The notes beneath the pieces were generated by a model that saw nothing but the letters and a program-made list of their open reading frames with translations, had not been told where the DNA came from and ran no database searches. A program made the position numbers and the translations under genes. This document shows, in pieces, positions 49,951 to 64,000 of a DNA stretch of 64,000 nucleotides. The stretch is from Octopus sinensis (Eukaryota). The DNA lies in assembly GCF_006345805.1 (NCBI RefSeq), contig NC_043000.1:4526001-4590000 (forward strand), in the 5' to 3' direction. Within the stretch, counting starts at the first letter, position 1; every line of letters starts with the position of its first letter.

Positions 49951-51938
49951 GATGATGGTATATATATATATATAGTTGAGTTATTGGGATTTTAATCAAT
50001 AGATTTGTGGGTAAAAAGAACATAACGAGTATTTATGATGGAAAACTTGTGGTGTTTACATGCACATCAAGAAATAATACTTGAGGATAAAACCAGATAA
50101 TAGCATATAATAGCAGGGTATAAAATATACTACTTTAATTAGTCCTTACTTGAGTTAAAATTATAAGAAAGGAACTAAACATGTTTCGGTATTGGAAGAT
50201 CATAATATATGTAATTATCAGATTTATAATACTACCAACACGTCTTCAGGTTCATTTTTCATCGTACATATATATGTGTGTATATGTATGTATGTTTGTA
50301 TGTCTGTGTTTGTCCCCCCAGCATCGCTTGACAACCGATGCTGGTGTGTTTACATCCCTGTAACTTAGTGGTTCGGCAAGAGAGACTGATAGAATAAGTA
50401 CTAGGCTTACAAAGAATAAATCCTGGAGTTGATTTGCTCGACAAAAGGCAGGGCTCCAGCATGGCTGCAGTCAAATGACTGAAACAAATAAAAGAATAAA
50501 AGAATATATATACAGACATATATACATTGCATTCAATACAATGTGTGCTGTGTAGATCTCTTTTGATATAATTTAAAGGTGAGACTTGGAACAGAAACAT
50601 GAAATAATTGTTTGAAGTTTCAGTTTCAAATTATATTATGTAATTGTGTGTGCATGTGTGTGCATGTGTGAGTGAGCGCGTGTGTTTGTGTGTGTGTATA
50701 TAAATGTATGTATGAATATATGTATACACACACACACATATATATAGTTAGATAGATAACTACAAATATACATTCATATGTATATATACGTACATACATA
50801 CCCACATACATACATATGCATATTGCATATATATATAGATAGATACATACATACATACATACAAACATACATACATACATATATATGCCTATATGTGAAT
50901 ATATATACATACATGCATACATACATGCATGCATGCATACATACATACATACATACATACATACAAACATACATACAAACATACATACATACATATATAT
51001 GCCTATATGTGAATATATATACATACATACATGCATACATACATACATACATATACACATATGTACACATTCACTCATGTGCATGCATGTGTGTGTATGT
51101 GTGCGTGTGTGCATGAGAATGCGTATGTGTGTGTTTGTGTGTGCTTGCATGTGTGAGTGTGTCTGTAAACCATATTGTTGTGAATGCAATTTTACAATTG
51201 AATTCAAGAAATATATTCTACTGAGTAATTGATTTAGAAAGAACTCTGCAGAAATTAAATTCTGGAGAACCAGAGAATAGATATACAAACATCCCAAGGG
51301 ATTTAACTTCTGTTTAGTTCTCTCTAAACCAATTACTTCATAGAATTTTTTTTTTTTTTCCGTCAATTCCATCATAGATCTGTATTCCCAACATTGTAGT
51401 TCAAACAATCATAATCATAAGTTTAAAATTAAATTTCTTTAATTTTTAGTATGAATATTTATAGGCAGAAATGTGGCTGTGTGGTAAGTAGTTTTCTTCC
51501 TAACCACATGGTTCCAGGTTCAGTCCTATTGCTTGGTACTTTGGGCAAGCAACTTTTACAATGGCACTAGACTCACCAAAGCTTTGTTGATGGATATAAT
51601 AGGCGAAAACAGAATGACACCTGTTTTATATATATATATATATACCAAATATATACGTTTTTATTATTATTTTGCAATTTACTTAATCATCGGTATATTA
51701 TTGTAATTTTATTTTTAATATTTATATTATATGTAATTTTCTAGATGGTGTAATTTAATTGTTCATTTTGAATTGATAAAAGGTGGGTTTTTTTCTAATT
51801 TATATATATACAGTAATCCCTCAACTATCATAGGTGAAAATCCACGAAGTAGTAACAGTACTCTACTGTATATTTTTTAAATTATTTTTATAATTTTAAA
51901 TGATATAACAGGACTGAAAGACACTTGTTGCTATGTCC

Positions 51939-52027
<89 letters not shown>

Positions 52028-52378
52028 CATCATCATCATTATTATTATTATTATTAGTATCATTATTATTACTTTTAGTTTTATTTATATTCATGTAACA
52101 TCGCCTGTTTTTCCGTCCTTGTTTTTTTATACATTCGATGCTTTCTTCCAAGGAATCTAATGCTCTTAGCTTAGTTTTTCCTTGGGGTTGGCCAGATTGG
52201 AGCAATCTCAAGATTAATCAGCCGAAATTGACTGAGGATACAAAGCTTCGAATGACCTGTCCTTGTTTTTTTGTATCGTGTATCTGGATCTTTTGTTATC
52301 CCTTTTTGTATCACCTAGTTGTCCGGATGTTTTGCGTGCTTGTCCCATTATGTATTTTATATATATATATAATATATA

Positions 52379-52430
<52 letters not shown>

Positions 52431-52437
52431 GTATATG

Positions 52438-52469
<32 letters not shown>

Positions 52470-52968
52470 AACACACACACCACACACACCACACACACAC
52501 ACACACACTGAGTTTCTTTCAGTTTCCGTCAACCAAATTCACTCAGAAGGCTTTGGTCAGCCCAAGGCTACAGTAGAAGTCATTTGCCCAAAGTGTCATG
52601 CTGCAATGGGACTGAGCCTGAACCTGCGACCATATGATTGAGGAGAAAGCTTTTTACCACTCAGCCATGCCTCCTACACCTATAATCAATTTATAAGCAA
52701 TTATAATAATTAGAAGAAACAGTAGATTCTGTCAACAGTTGGTATACATAAGAGGCAAACAGAAAGAAATACTTCAACGTAATTGCTCAGCTTGTTCCTA
52801 ACGACCAATTATTAAGTGACACATCATTAAGTGAAAGGCTATTTCATATACAAATAATGTTACAGATGACTGTTACATTCTGAATTATGGAAATGAGTGA
52901 TATTTAATAATGAAATATAAAGCAACAGCTTGAGGATATCAAATGATTTGATTAAAACAATTACTCAC

Positions 52969-53110
52969 AATAATAATAATGAATCAAATATTCTTCTGGT
53001 TGTTTGTTCCTTATTGTTTTGGGTTCGTTTACTCGACGTGGTTTTGCCATTTGTACTTTGCTTAGTAGCAGCAGAAGTCGTTTGTTTTTCTTCATAAATG
53101 TGTCGAGTGT
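52969..53110 (-). CDS. Possible 142-nt internal exon of an unidentified gene
   Basis: tttcag acceptor and GTGAGT donor; two open frames; locally CpG-rich; no homology recognised. Confidence 0.25.
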
Positions 53111-53171
53111 CTGAAAGTCCTTTAGTATTATGACAATTTTTTTTTCCTTATAAATTACAATAGCTAGCCTG

Positions 53172-53217
<46 letters not shown>

Positions 53218-53331
53218 ATGTGTGCGTGTGCGTGTGTGTGTGTGTGCATGTGTATGTGCATATGTGCATGCATTCATGTGTGCATGTGTGTGTGTGTCAG
53301 ATCAGCTATTGTACATATATATATGTATATT

Positions 53332-53380
<49 letters not shown>

Positions 53381-53433
53381 ATATATATATACATGTATAT
53401 ATATATAATATATATATATATGTATGTATATAT

Positions 53434-53474
<41 letters not shown>

Positions 53475-53495
53475 TATATGTATATATGTATATTC

Positions 53496-53530
<35 letters not shown>

Positions 53531-53634
53531 CATATATATACATACATGTATATAAATACATATATATATATACATATATATACATACATGTACATATGTA
53601 TATACAGATATATATACAAATATATATATATGTA

Positions 53635-53681
<47 letters not shown>

Positions 53682-53893
53682 ATCTCTGAATGATATATAT
53701 ATTATATATATATATATGTAGATAAATAGATAGATAGATCTATAACAGCTTATCTATTTTGAAATTTGACTCTCGAGATCCCAAAATCTCAATCACCTAT
53801 GCAATACGTGAAAAGGCCTCTTCAAGACCTTTGAGAGTGAAGTATTAATAAATACTTCCCATTGTTAAATCTTCTTCAGCTTTTCACCATCAT

Positions 53894-53947
<54 letters not shown>

Positions 53948-54359
53948 TGTTATTGTTGTCGTTTTAATGTCCACTTTTCCAGGCCTGTATATGATAGATC
54001 AGACAAAACTCAATGAGATGTATTTTCAATAAGCAGACGCCCTTCTTGTTGCAAACCCTTATCTGTTTCCAAACAAAGGTAATATTTCCCTTAATCATTC
54101 AAATACTAACAGCACAATGGTGGGACATTGGGATTTCATAGACAATTGCACACCAACAACACCATTTGTTTATTGGTGGTATTCACGTACAACCAGCATG
54201 CGATCTCAAGACAAGGAGACATAAACACAAAGACTCATACACACACACACACACACTCACGCACTCACACACGCAAAGACATACATCCATACTTACATAC
54301 ACACACATACACATACACACATGCATATATGTATACATACATACATATATATATATATA

Positions 54360-54518
54360 TATGGAGTGCCTGTGTGGTAAGTAGCTTGCTTACCAACCAT
54401 ATGGTTTCAGGTCCAGTCCCACTGCATGGCACCTCGGGCAAGTGTCTTCTACCATAGCCTTGGGTCGACCAAAGTCGTGTGAGTGGATTTGATAGACGGA
54501 CACTGAAAGAAGCCTGTC

Positions 54519-54551
<33 letters not shown>

Positions 54552-54585
54552 ATATGTATATATGTATATATATATATATATATAT

Positions 54586-54636
<51 letters not shown>

Positions 54637-54847
54637 GGTCGTTGCCAGTGCCGCTGGACTGGCTCCTGTGCAAGTGGCATGTAAAAGCACCCACTACACT
54701 CTCGGAGTGGTTGGCGTTAGGAAGTGCATCCAACTGTAGAAACTCTGCCAGATCAGATTGGAGTCTGGTGCAGCCATCTGGTTCGCCAGACTTCACTCAA
54801 ATCATCCAACCCATGCTAGCATGGAAAGCAGACATTAAACGATGATG

Positions 54848-54886
<39 letters not shown>

Positions 54887-55162
54887 GTGTGTGTATATGT
54901 TTGTGTGTGTGTCCCCAACATCACTTGGCAACTGATGCTGGTGTGTTTACATCCTCATAACTTAGTGGTTCAGCAAAGACCAACAGAATAAGTACTAGGC
55001 TTACAAAGAATAAGTCCTGGGGTCGACTTTGCCTTTCATCCGTTTGGGATCGATAAATAAAGTACCAGTTACACACTAGGGTCGATGTAATTGACTTAAT
55101 CCCTTTGTCTGTTCTTGTTTGTCCCCTCTATGTTTAGCCCCTTGTGGGCAATAAAGAAATAT
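54360..55162 (+). mobile_element. Composite: SINE A head, SINE B in its (TA)n, SINE A 3' part, SINE C tail
   Basis: A-to-C switch at the shared ggggtcga near 55020. Confidence 0.75.
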
Positions 55163-55194
55163 ATATACATACATGCATACATGTACATATACAT

Positions 55195-55236
<42 letters not shown>

Positions 55237-57094
55237 ATATATATATAGATAAACATACATACATAAATACATACATACATACATATATACAGAGATACAT
55301 ATATACATACATACATGCATGCATGCATACATATATATACATACATATACATACATATATATACATACATATACATACGTACATACATACATGCATACAG
55401 ACATACATACATACATACATACATACATACATTCATATATACATACTTACATACATGCATACATGCATACATATATATATATACATATACATACATATAT
55501 ATACATACACATACATACATACATACATACATACATACATACATACATACATACATACATACATACATACATGTATACATGCATACAAGGCAAATGGAAA
55601 CATGTTCTGATGATTTCTCTGCAAATAGAAAAACAGAGGACTGAATATAATTTAAAGACAAGGCACCTGCATAAGTCAGATCAGGGTTTCCCAACTTTGA
55701 CCTTTTCCTCTCAACTATGATCATTCTTAAGATTGGGAAAAATCACTCATCTTGAAAGCGCTCATAAGCAATTTATGTATCGGAGCACATAAATGAAAGA
55801 GCTCAGATGTCTGTTGTAATCTAAATCCTGTTCTGTTTAACCACCGAAACTAATTTTCACAAGCAGCTTTTATGAGGAAACGAATTCTATACAATTGGAG
55901 TTTATTTCCTCACAAGTCAACACATGATCTCTCATTGAATCTTCTTGCATCTCATTTAAATGATCCATCGTTTGCAAGATCTTAAATTTTCACAAGCCAT
56001 CATTCGTTTATTTACAAATCAATGAATTGCAAAATTCAAGGAAGTAGATCATGCTTTAAATTGGTCATTTTGCTGACCTTTCTCTTAGCTCTATTTTTTT
56101 CTTTTACAAGTCCTTTTTGTATGTCAGGTATTGAGAGGCAAGACTATAATTGAGGAATAGGATAGGCGTTTTGTCACAGAGGAGATACATGATTGCCGCA
56201 ACTGGAAGATGAGAGATGGTAATGATGAGGTATCAGACATACTCTCAAAATACAAAAGGGTGAATGGGAAGGGGATGGGGGCAGGGGAACTGGTAAGTTG
56301 ATGAGAGTGTGAAGTAAGAAACAGATGGTTAGAAGCAGGGATATAGATAATGTCAGGAACCATTCAAAATGAAAATAATTTTATTTGTAATTTTTATGCT
56401 ATTAGATAAGGGACTGAGGTACTGAGGCACTTGCCTTTGTTACATAACTCAGCCAGGGAGACTTTTTTTCTGTCAGATAATTCATATCAAGAGTTCTTAT
56501 GTTTGAGGCAACTCCAACAAAAGATGAATGGTTGGAAACACTTTCTCCATTTTACAATATGTATAGAATTAAATAAATAAATAAAACATTAAAAAAAATA
56601 CTACATGAGTTCTAAGTATGGAGAAGTTATGTAGAAGGCATCTGATTTATAAATGACAGCTGAACAATGTGGTTAAATTGATTTGTGGAATTTAAGTAGG
56701 TAAAAAGAAAGGGAACTTACATAGATGACAAATCAGTATAATGTTTTAAAATGTATTTTCTTTCATGTGGGCATGAAAAGATGGGTTTTGCATGCTTTGT
56801 TATTATTTTATCCTGATTTCACTACCATATTTTTAACATTGCTGTTTTTTAAAGCTGGTTGTCTTTTCAATCACAAACCGTTTTTCAGCCTGGATTGAAT
56901 GCATTTTATCTTGTCACGTAGAGTAGAGAGATTGCCCAACATGACAATATGTTCCTATCTATACTTCTTATTTATTATTCTGAGTTGCAACTCTTATAGA
57001 CACGTTAACTTTACTGCAACTTACAAAAACCACATCTCCTACATAAAAATTTTTATCAAAGTTTTGGCCTTCCAAGATGTTACTGTCATTATGT

Positions 57095-57672
57095 AAATAT
57101 GTATGTGTGTATGTGTGTGTGTGTATGTATGTATGTATGTATGTATGCATGTATGTATGCATGTATGTATGCATGTATGTATGTGTTATGTATGTATGTA
57201 TGTATGTATGTATGTATGTATGTATGTATGCATGTATGTATGTATGTATGTGTTCATGTACGTACGTATGTGTGTATGTATGTGTGTATGTATGTATGTT
57301 TGTATGCATATATGAATGTTTATATGTATGTATGTTTGTATGTATGTTGTATGTATGTATGTTATGTTTGTATGTAGTATGTATATATGTATGTATATAT
57401 GTATGTGTTCATGTATGTATGTATGTGTGTGTATGTATGTGTGTGTGTATGTATGTATGTGTGTATGTATGTATGTATATATGCATCTATGTATGTATGT
57501 GTGTATGTATATGTATGTATATATGTATGTATGTAAGTATGTATGTATGTATGTATGTATGTATGTATGTATGTATGTATGTATGTATGTATGTATGTAT
57601 GTATGTATGTATGTGTACATGTGTGTATGTATGTATGTGTGCATGTGTGTATGTGTATGTGTGAGTGAGTGA
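57095..57672. repeat. (TATG)n compound microsatellite
   Basis: Direct inspection; similar tracts at 17140-17730, 50760-51160 and 55165-55590. Confidence 0.95.
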
Positions 57673-57819
57673 GTTATTGTGCAAAAATGTCAATACAGCA
57701 TATCATCATTTAGCACAAAGGGAAACTCAGAGATGTTGCTTCATTTCTCCAGTGAACAAATGTTCAACAGTTCTGCAGACACAGACATGTGAGAACTGGT
57801 GAAGTGAAAATATACATTC

Positions 57820-58125
57820 TTTTATTCTTTTATTTGTTTCAGTCATTTGACTGCAGCCATGCTGGAGCACCACCTTTTAGTCGAGTAAATTGGACCCAGG
57901 ACTTATTCTTTGTAAGCCTAGTACTTATTCTATTGGTCTCTTTTGCCAAACCGTTAAGTTATGGGGGACGTAAGTAAACACACCAGTATCAGTTGTCAAG
58001 CGATGTTGGGGGGACAAATGCAGACACACAAACATATACACACTCATACATACATATATATATATATATAGACACATATATACATATATATGACGGGCTT
58101 CTTTCAGTTTCCGTCTACCAAAAAG
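57820..58125 (-). mobile_element. SINE family A, 3' part
   Basis: Match to family tail and body. Confidence 0.8.
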
Positions 58126-60184
58126 CATTCACAAAACAATCACAGAAGTCTGGTTCAGGCTTCAGCCTGGCCTACTCTTGTGGTAACCTTCCTACCCATG
58201 CTAGCATCGAAGACGGACATTAACCGATGATGATGATGATACAATGTGCTTCTTTCTTTCATTTTCAGTCTTGTTGTGAGCCTTATTGTGGACCCTGTTA
58301 ACCACCTGTTTGGCCCCCTCCCTGACCTGGTCGATAGTAACACTATAAACTTCCATAGTCCTACCATTTTAGCTATACCACCATGTCACCATTACTTGTG
58401 GCTATAGTGATATTGCCTCCCAGCTCTATACTAGAAATGTTAACACCTCTGGTCATACCTCAGGGGTAACCAATGGTATTAATCAACATAGGATAAGGAT
58501 TAATTATAAACCCACTAATAGTGTGGAAAATGCTAATTGTCAAGTCTCCCAACTATGTCTGTTAAATTTATTTTGCCTATGTCTTAGTGTAGTATATATT
58601 CCCACCAGAGCACGATCTACATTAGGGTACATTTGATTATAAGCATCACAACCAGGCTCACCTGACGTCATTCTCAAATAGAACATCTAAAATGTCTACT
58701 TCCATAGCTACATAAACACATTACCTCAAACCCCAGGATGTCTCCTATACTTTGTCCTGGTCCATAGATTGAGGGTGCCCCATACAATGCTAACCATTGC
58801 ATTTGTAAATTGTTTTAGGGATCTGCTCACAATCCTACACCATTATATTACCTCTTTACTCAATAGGTTTTCTGATGTAATCTTCTCTTGTAAACATAAA
58901 ATTTATTCCACATTTGCTTATTATGTAAAAGCCTTTTTAATTTTTCCTAGTTGTGGTTAAATCTCTTCACTCATTAAGTTTTAAAGCATCAGTTTACTTT
59001 CTCCTCTTGGTATTTTCTCTTTCCCTCAACATATTCTCCTCCTCCACTACCTTCATACCCACTCTTTACCTCAGTGTTTATCTCTTCCTGCTTCTTTGTC
59101 AGGACAGTTGACTTTCTCAACTGCTTTATTATCTGCAACATTTAATTTGACCACCCCTGATATTTGCTTTCACCAGGCTGACTTTAACTCTGTATTCTCT
59201 CTGTTTGCTCTGTTCTCTCCCTGTTCCTCTTTTCTTATATTGCAGAAGTCATTCTTCTTCTCACCCTGGTTCTTTGATCTTGTCCCACGTTTTTTACCTT
59301 TCAACCATCTATATTTGCTAGCATTTCTATGTGAACTGCATTTGCCAATCTTCTCTTGATGAGGGGAACCAGACTTACAGTAATATCTTCATGTGACAGG
59401 CAGATTTCACTTGCAAATTATGATTGTTATTGATTACTATGTATCTCTGAACTTCCAGAAACAGCTGTCAAGTTAAGAAACTATATATTTTCTTGTTTTC
59501 TTTTGTATTTTTTGCGCTCCATGTAAATATACATATATATATATATTAATCAAAGTGTATAATATTATATAGCCATGTATGAAAGCATGGATATATATTT
59601 CAAGCTTAACTGTGTTTATCTGTTTTACTACCTCTATGTATGTATGTATGTATGTATGTACATCGACTGTCAGCAGTGTCTTTTATGTATACACATTGTA
59701 CTTAAAACATTAATCCATCTTTCTGCGAGAGAGAAACTTGAGTTTCTGATTCAATGAGGGTGAAAAAGAAAAGAAATTGAAATGAGTAAGCTGATGGACA
59801 TGGACAAGAAGATGGTTTGTTGAGACAACAACAATTACAACAACAATAAATGCAATCTATTATTTATGTTTGTTACTGTTGTTGTTGTGCAGCTTGCAGT
59901 GATAGTAGAAGCTGCTGCAATTGATTTTATAGTTTTGTATTTATTGTTATTGTTGTAGTTGTATTTTTTGGGTCTTTTTACTTGGAGATGGAAAGGACTA
60001 TGTCTCTGTGGTATTTTATTGCAGTTGTTGTTGTTGTTGATGATGATGATGATGATGATGATGGTGTTGTTGTTGTTTTGTTTGTTGTTGTTATTATTGT
60101 TGCTGCCAGGAAAAATATATTTCATTCAATTCCAAATTTACAGATATAAGTACAAGTACCCTTGAACTTCATTTTTATAGATAA

Positions 60185-60203
60185 ATACTGGTGGTGATGA
60201 TGG

Positions 60204-60238
<35 letters not shown>

Positions 60239-60995
60239 CTGTTGGTGTCGGTGGTGGCCACAGCAGCAGTGGCGGTGATGACAATAATGATGGCAGGGGA
60301 CAAAGCAGCAGCGGTAGTGACAGTGGTGGTAGCAACCACAGTGGGAGCAGCAGCAGTGGAGGTGGGGTGGGGGATGGGGGTAGTTGTGGCCGTTGTTGTA
60401 GTGGTGTGGTGGTGGTGGTGGTTGTGGTGGTGGTGGTACAAGGAGTATATAATATGGAGTGAACAATGGAAAAAGATGGTCAACAAGAATAATGGGAAAG
60501 GAAGATGAGGGACCGAAGGGAGAGGGGGAGAAATAAATGAAAACACAAGTGGTGGTGGTGGTGGTGGTGTATGTGGTGGTGTTGGTGTTCGTGTTGGTGG
60601 TGATGGTGGTGGTGGTAGTGGTGGTGGTGATGGTGGTGTTGGTGGTGGTGGTAGTGGTGGTGGTAGCGGCAGTGGTGGTGGTGGTGGTGGTGTATGTGGT
60701 GGTGTTGGTGTTAGTGGTGGTGTATGTGGTGGTGTTGGTGGTGATGGTGGTGGTGGTGTGTTGGTAGCAGCAGTGATGGTGGTGGTGGCGGCGGTGGTTG
60801 TGGTGGTGGTAGTGGCGGTGGTGGTGGTGGTGGTGGTAGTGATGGTCATGGTGGTGGTGGTGGTGGTGGTTTTGATGGTGGTGGCAGCAGTAGTGGTGGT
60901 GGTGGTGGTGGTGGTGTATGTGGTGGTAGTGGTGGTGGTGGTGGTGTATGTGGTGGTGGCGGCGGCAGCAGCAGTGGCAGCAGCAGTGATGGTGG
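60185..60995. repeat. (GAT)n/(GGT)n low-complexity tract
   Basis: Direct inspection. Confidence 0.9.
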
Positions 60996-61499
60996 AAGGG
61001 AATCTTTGGAAGATTATTATAGAATGATAAATTCTATTTGCAGTGTAACTTGTGGATTGTTATTTAAACAAACACAATCCTCTTCACTCTATAAATGTTG
61101 AAATATTCCAGAAAAATATTCCACAATCTTCTCAGCACACAAAAATAAAAATAAAAATAACAGTTGAAGATATTTTCAATAATGGCTGGTTTGCAGCTTT
61201 TGTTCAGTCTACACGTAGATTTGTAATCGTTTGGGAATTTTTATGAATTTTCTCGTATTATCTCAAACATTTTTCTTTTATATTTTTCAGTAAATCATCA
61301 TATTTAACAATACGGCCACAAAATTATCTTCCTGTATTATATATACAATACCTGGGAAGAAATAGTGCAGTGTTCACATCTGAACACTGAGTTACAACAG
61401 TTAAGTTAACAACGTTGAAACCTGTTCATTTCTAATTCTACACAGCAGTTTCTACAGGTTGTTTTCCAGCAGGATATCTTCCCAGATGTATTCCAACAA

Positions 61500-62892
61500 G
61501 ATTTGTTCACATTCCTTCTCTGCTCTATACGATAATTAAACAATAGGCTGTGTTCACATTCCTTCTATTCCCTACACAACAGTTAACCAATAGGATGTAT
61601 TTCCATTCAATATTTTCTCTTCTTAACAGTTAACCCACAAGCTATGTTCACATTCCTTCTATTCTCTACACAGCAGTTAACCAACAGGACGTGTTCACTT
61701 TCTTTCTTTCCTTTACAAAACAATTAACCAACAGAACATGGTCACATTCCTGTTCTTCCCTACAAAACAATTAACAGACAGACTGTGTTCACATTCCTTC
61801 TATTCTTTATGCAACAATTAACCAATAGAATGTCAAGAAGTGGACACAGCAGTTAACCAACAGGACATGTTCACTTTCCTTCTTTCCTTTACAAAACAGT
61901 TAACCAACAGGGCATGTTCACATTCCTATTCTTCCCTACAAAACAATTAACAGACAGACTGTGTTCACATTCCTTCTATTCTTTATGCAACAATTAACCA
62001 ATAGAATGTCAAGAAGTGGACACAGCAGTTAACCAACAGGACATGTTCACTTTCCTTCTTTCCTTTAGAAAACAGTTAACCAACAGGGTATGTTCACATT
62101 CCTTTTCTTCCCTACAAAACAATTAACAGACAGACTGTGTTCACATTCCTTCTATTCTTTATGCAACAATTAACCAATAGAATGTCAAGAAGTGGACACA
62201 GCAGTTAACCAACAGGACATGTTCACTTTCCTTCTTTCCTTTACAAAACAGTTAACCAACAGGGCATGTTCACATTCCTATTCTTCCCTACAAAACAATT
62301 AACAGACAGAATGTGTTCACATTCCTTCTATTCTTTATGCAACAATTAACCAATAGAATGTCAAGAAGTGGACACAGCAGTTAACCAACAGGACATGTTC
62401 ACTTTCCTTCTTTCCTTTAGAAAACAGTTAACCAACAGGGTATGTTCACATTCCTTTTCTTCTCTACAAAACAATTAACAGACAGACTGTGTTCACATTC
62501 CTTCTATTCTTTATGCAACAATTAACCAATAGAATGTCAAGAAGTGGACACAGCAGTTAACCAACAGGACATGTTCACTTTCCTTCTTTCCTTTACAAAA
62601 CAGTTAACCAACAGGGCATGTTCACATTCCTGTTCTTCCCTACAAAACAATTAACAGACAGAATGTGTCCACATTCCTTCTATTCTTTATGTAACAATTA
62701 ACCAATAGAATGTCAAGAAGTGGACACAGCAGTTAACCAACAGGACATGTTCACTTTCCTTCTTTCCTTTACAAAACAGTTAACCAACAGGGTATGTTCA
62801 CATTCCTATTCTTCCCTACAAAACAATTAACAGACAGAATGTGTCCACATTCCTTCTATTCTTTATGTAACAATTAACCAATAGAATGTCAA
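61500..62892. repeat. Satellite: diverged ~47-bp monomers followed by 7 copies of a 176-bp higher-order repeat
   Basis: The marker tgtcaa(g)aa recurs at 61831, 62007, 62183, 62359, 62535, 62711 and 62887; unit = 47+47+47+35. Confidence 0.95.
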
Positions 62893-63091
62893 AAAATGAT
62901 CTGACAGGAGGCTATTCCTGAGAGGTCAGGCTGAGATGTCAAACATGTACATCACCTCTGTCGTATATTACCACCTGACAGTAACGCCTTGGTCCAGTTT
63001 TTGTCCAGCCAGATTAAATCCCCTATTTTATTTCTTTTATTGGAAGGACTTGTTCCACTGATCTGGTAGTCCATCTGCCAACCAATGCCTG

Positions 63092-63394
63092 TTTGTTCCG
63101 TCACGAGCCATGCCTGGCTCATTAGGGCCAGTTTGCTGGTTTCCTTGGCATATAGGTTCCCCACCTGGACGGGATGCCGGTCCGTCGTAGGTGAGCTGCA
63201 AGATGCAGGAGGAAAGAGTGAGAGAAAGTTGTGGCGAAAGAGTCAGCAGATGTTCGTCATTACCTTCGGCCAGAGCCGCCGCGTGGAGCTTAGGTGTTTC
63301 GCTCATAAATACACACATTGCCCGGTCTGAGATTCGAACCCGCAATCGCTCAACCGCAAATCCGCTTCTCTAACCACTAGGCCAGGTACCTCCA
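63092..63394 (-). mobile_element. SINE family D-related
   Basis: tggcctagtggttagag...gggttcgaatc; 14-bp TSD ccaaccaatgcctg. Confidence 0.85.
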
Positions 63395-63603
63395 CCAACC
63401 AATGCCTGCGGTACACATGATTCTATCTCTTTCTTGGCTGGATAACCATGTACCTCTTCTACAGCAAGACACCTGATTCTACCTCTCTGTTTCCCCATCA
63501 CACTATAACCTTTCATCCTCTGACACAAGATCTGATCCCCTCCTCCAATTCCCCCTCCGTTCTCAAAATTCCTTGTCTTGCAAGTTACTTAGTGAACCTG
63601 CCA

Positions 63604-64000
63604 GTGTTGGTGCCAGGTAAAAAGGCATCCAGTTCACACTGTGAAGTGGTTGGCAATTAGGAAGGGCATTCAGCTGTAAAAACCATACCTGTGGTGGTGC
63701 CAGGTAAAAAGGCATCCGTTCACACTGTGAAGTGGTTGGCAATTAGGAAGGGCATTCAGCTGTAAAAACCATACCTGTGGTGGTGCCAGGTAAAAAGGCA
63801 TCCAGTTCACACTGTGAAGTGGTTGGCAATTAGGAAGGGCATTCAGCTGTAAAAACCATACCTGTGGTGGTGCCAGGTAAAAAGGCATCCAGTTCACACT
63901 GTGAAGTGGTTGGCAATTAGGAAGGGCATTCAGCTGTAAAAACCATACCTGTGGTGGTGCCAGGTAAAAAGGCATCCAGTTCACACTGTGAAGTGGTTGG
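63604..64000 (+). repeat. Tandem array of an 87-bp unit derived from the SINE B tail, running off the window
   Basis: Units start at 63604, 63691, 63777, 63864 and 63951; contain gtggttggcaattaggaagggcattcagctgtaaaaacc. Confidence 0.9.

Noticed and set aside
51811-51868. Tigger-like mini-MITE (TA-CAGT...ACTG-TA)
   Set aside because: The TIR match is only about 5 bp; insufficient evidence.
55740-55985. Minus-strand protein-like frame ILQTMDHLNEMQEDSMRDH... with one internal TAG
   Set aside because: No donor site before the stop and no recognised family; bounded by a 13-bp direct repeat, so possibly an insertion.
55076-57693. His/Thr/Tyr/Ile and Met/Tyr/Val/Cys-rich ORFs
   Set aside because: Pure (TACA)n/(TATG)n microsatellite translations; the same applies to similar ORFs across the window.
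58250-59400. Possible old LINE ORF1/5' region on the - strand
   Set aside because: Purine-rich and coding-like, but no convincing motif could be read.

Overview
AT-rich, repeat-saturated eukaryotic genomic DNA. The repeat families resemble those I recall from Octopus (coleoid cephalopod) genomes; this is inference, not a database match. No intact protein-coding gene can be supported, and almost all ORF-track entries are translated microsatellites or SINEs. The window is a nested mosaic of at least five tRNA-type SINE families and decayed CR1, RTE and Tx1 LINE pieces. It also holds mariner and hAT transposase remnants, piggyBac-like and hAT MITEs, several Helitron pieces and a 5S rRNA pseudogene. 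Highlights: (1) short Penelope-like elements carrying minimal type-I hammerhead ribozyme motifs, one inside a 372-bp near-perfect palindrome; (2) a 1.94-kb foldback DNA element with ~625-bp TIRs and an 8-bp TSD splitting a CR1 RT; (3) SINE/LINE 3'-tail partnerships visible inside the window, including a covarying stem-loop; (4) an exact Helitron CTAG|TC tail-to-head junction; (5) tandem arrays born from SINE modules (49 and 87 bp) and a 176-bp higher-order satellite built from 47-bp monomers; (6) isolated long hairpins. A few exon-like islands of an unidentified host gene are possible but weakly supported.
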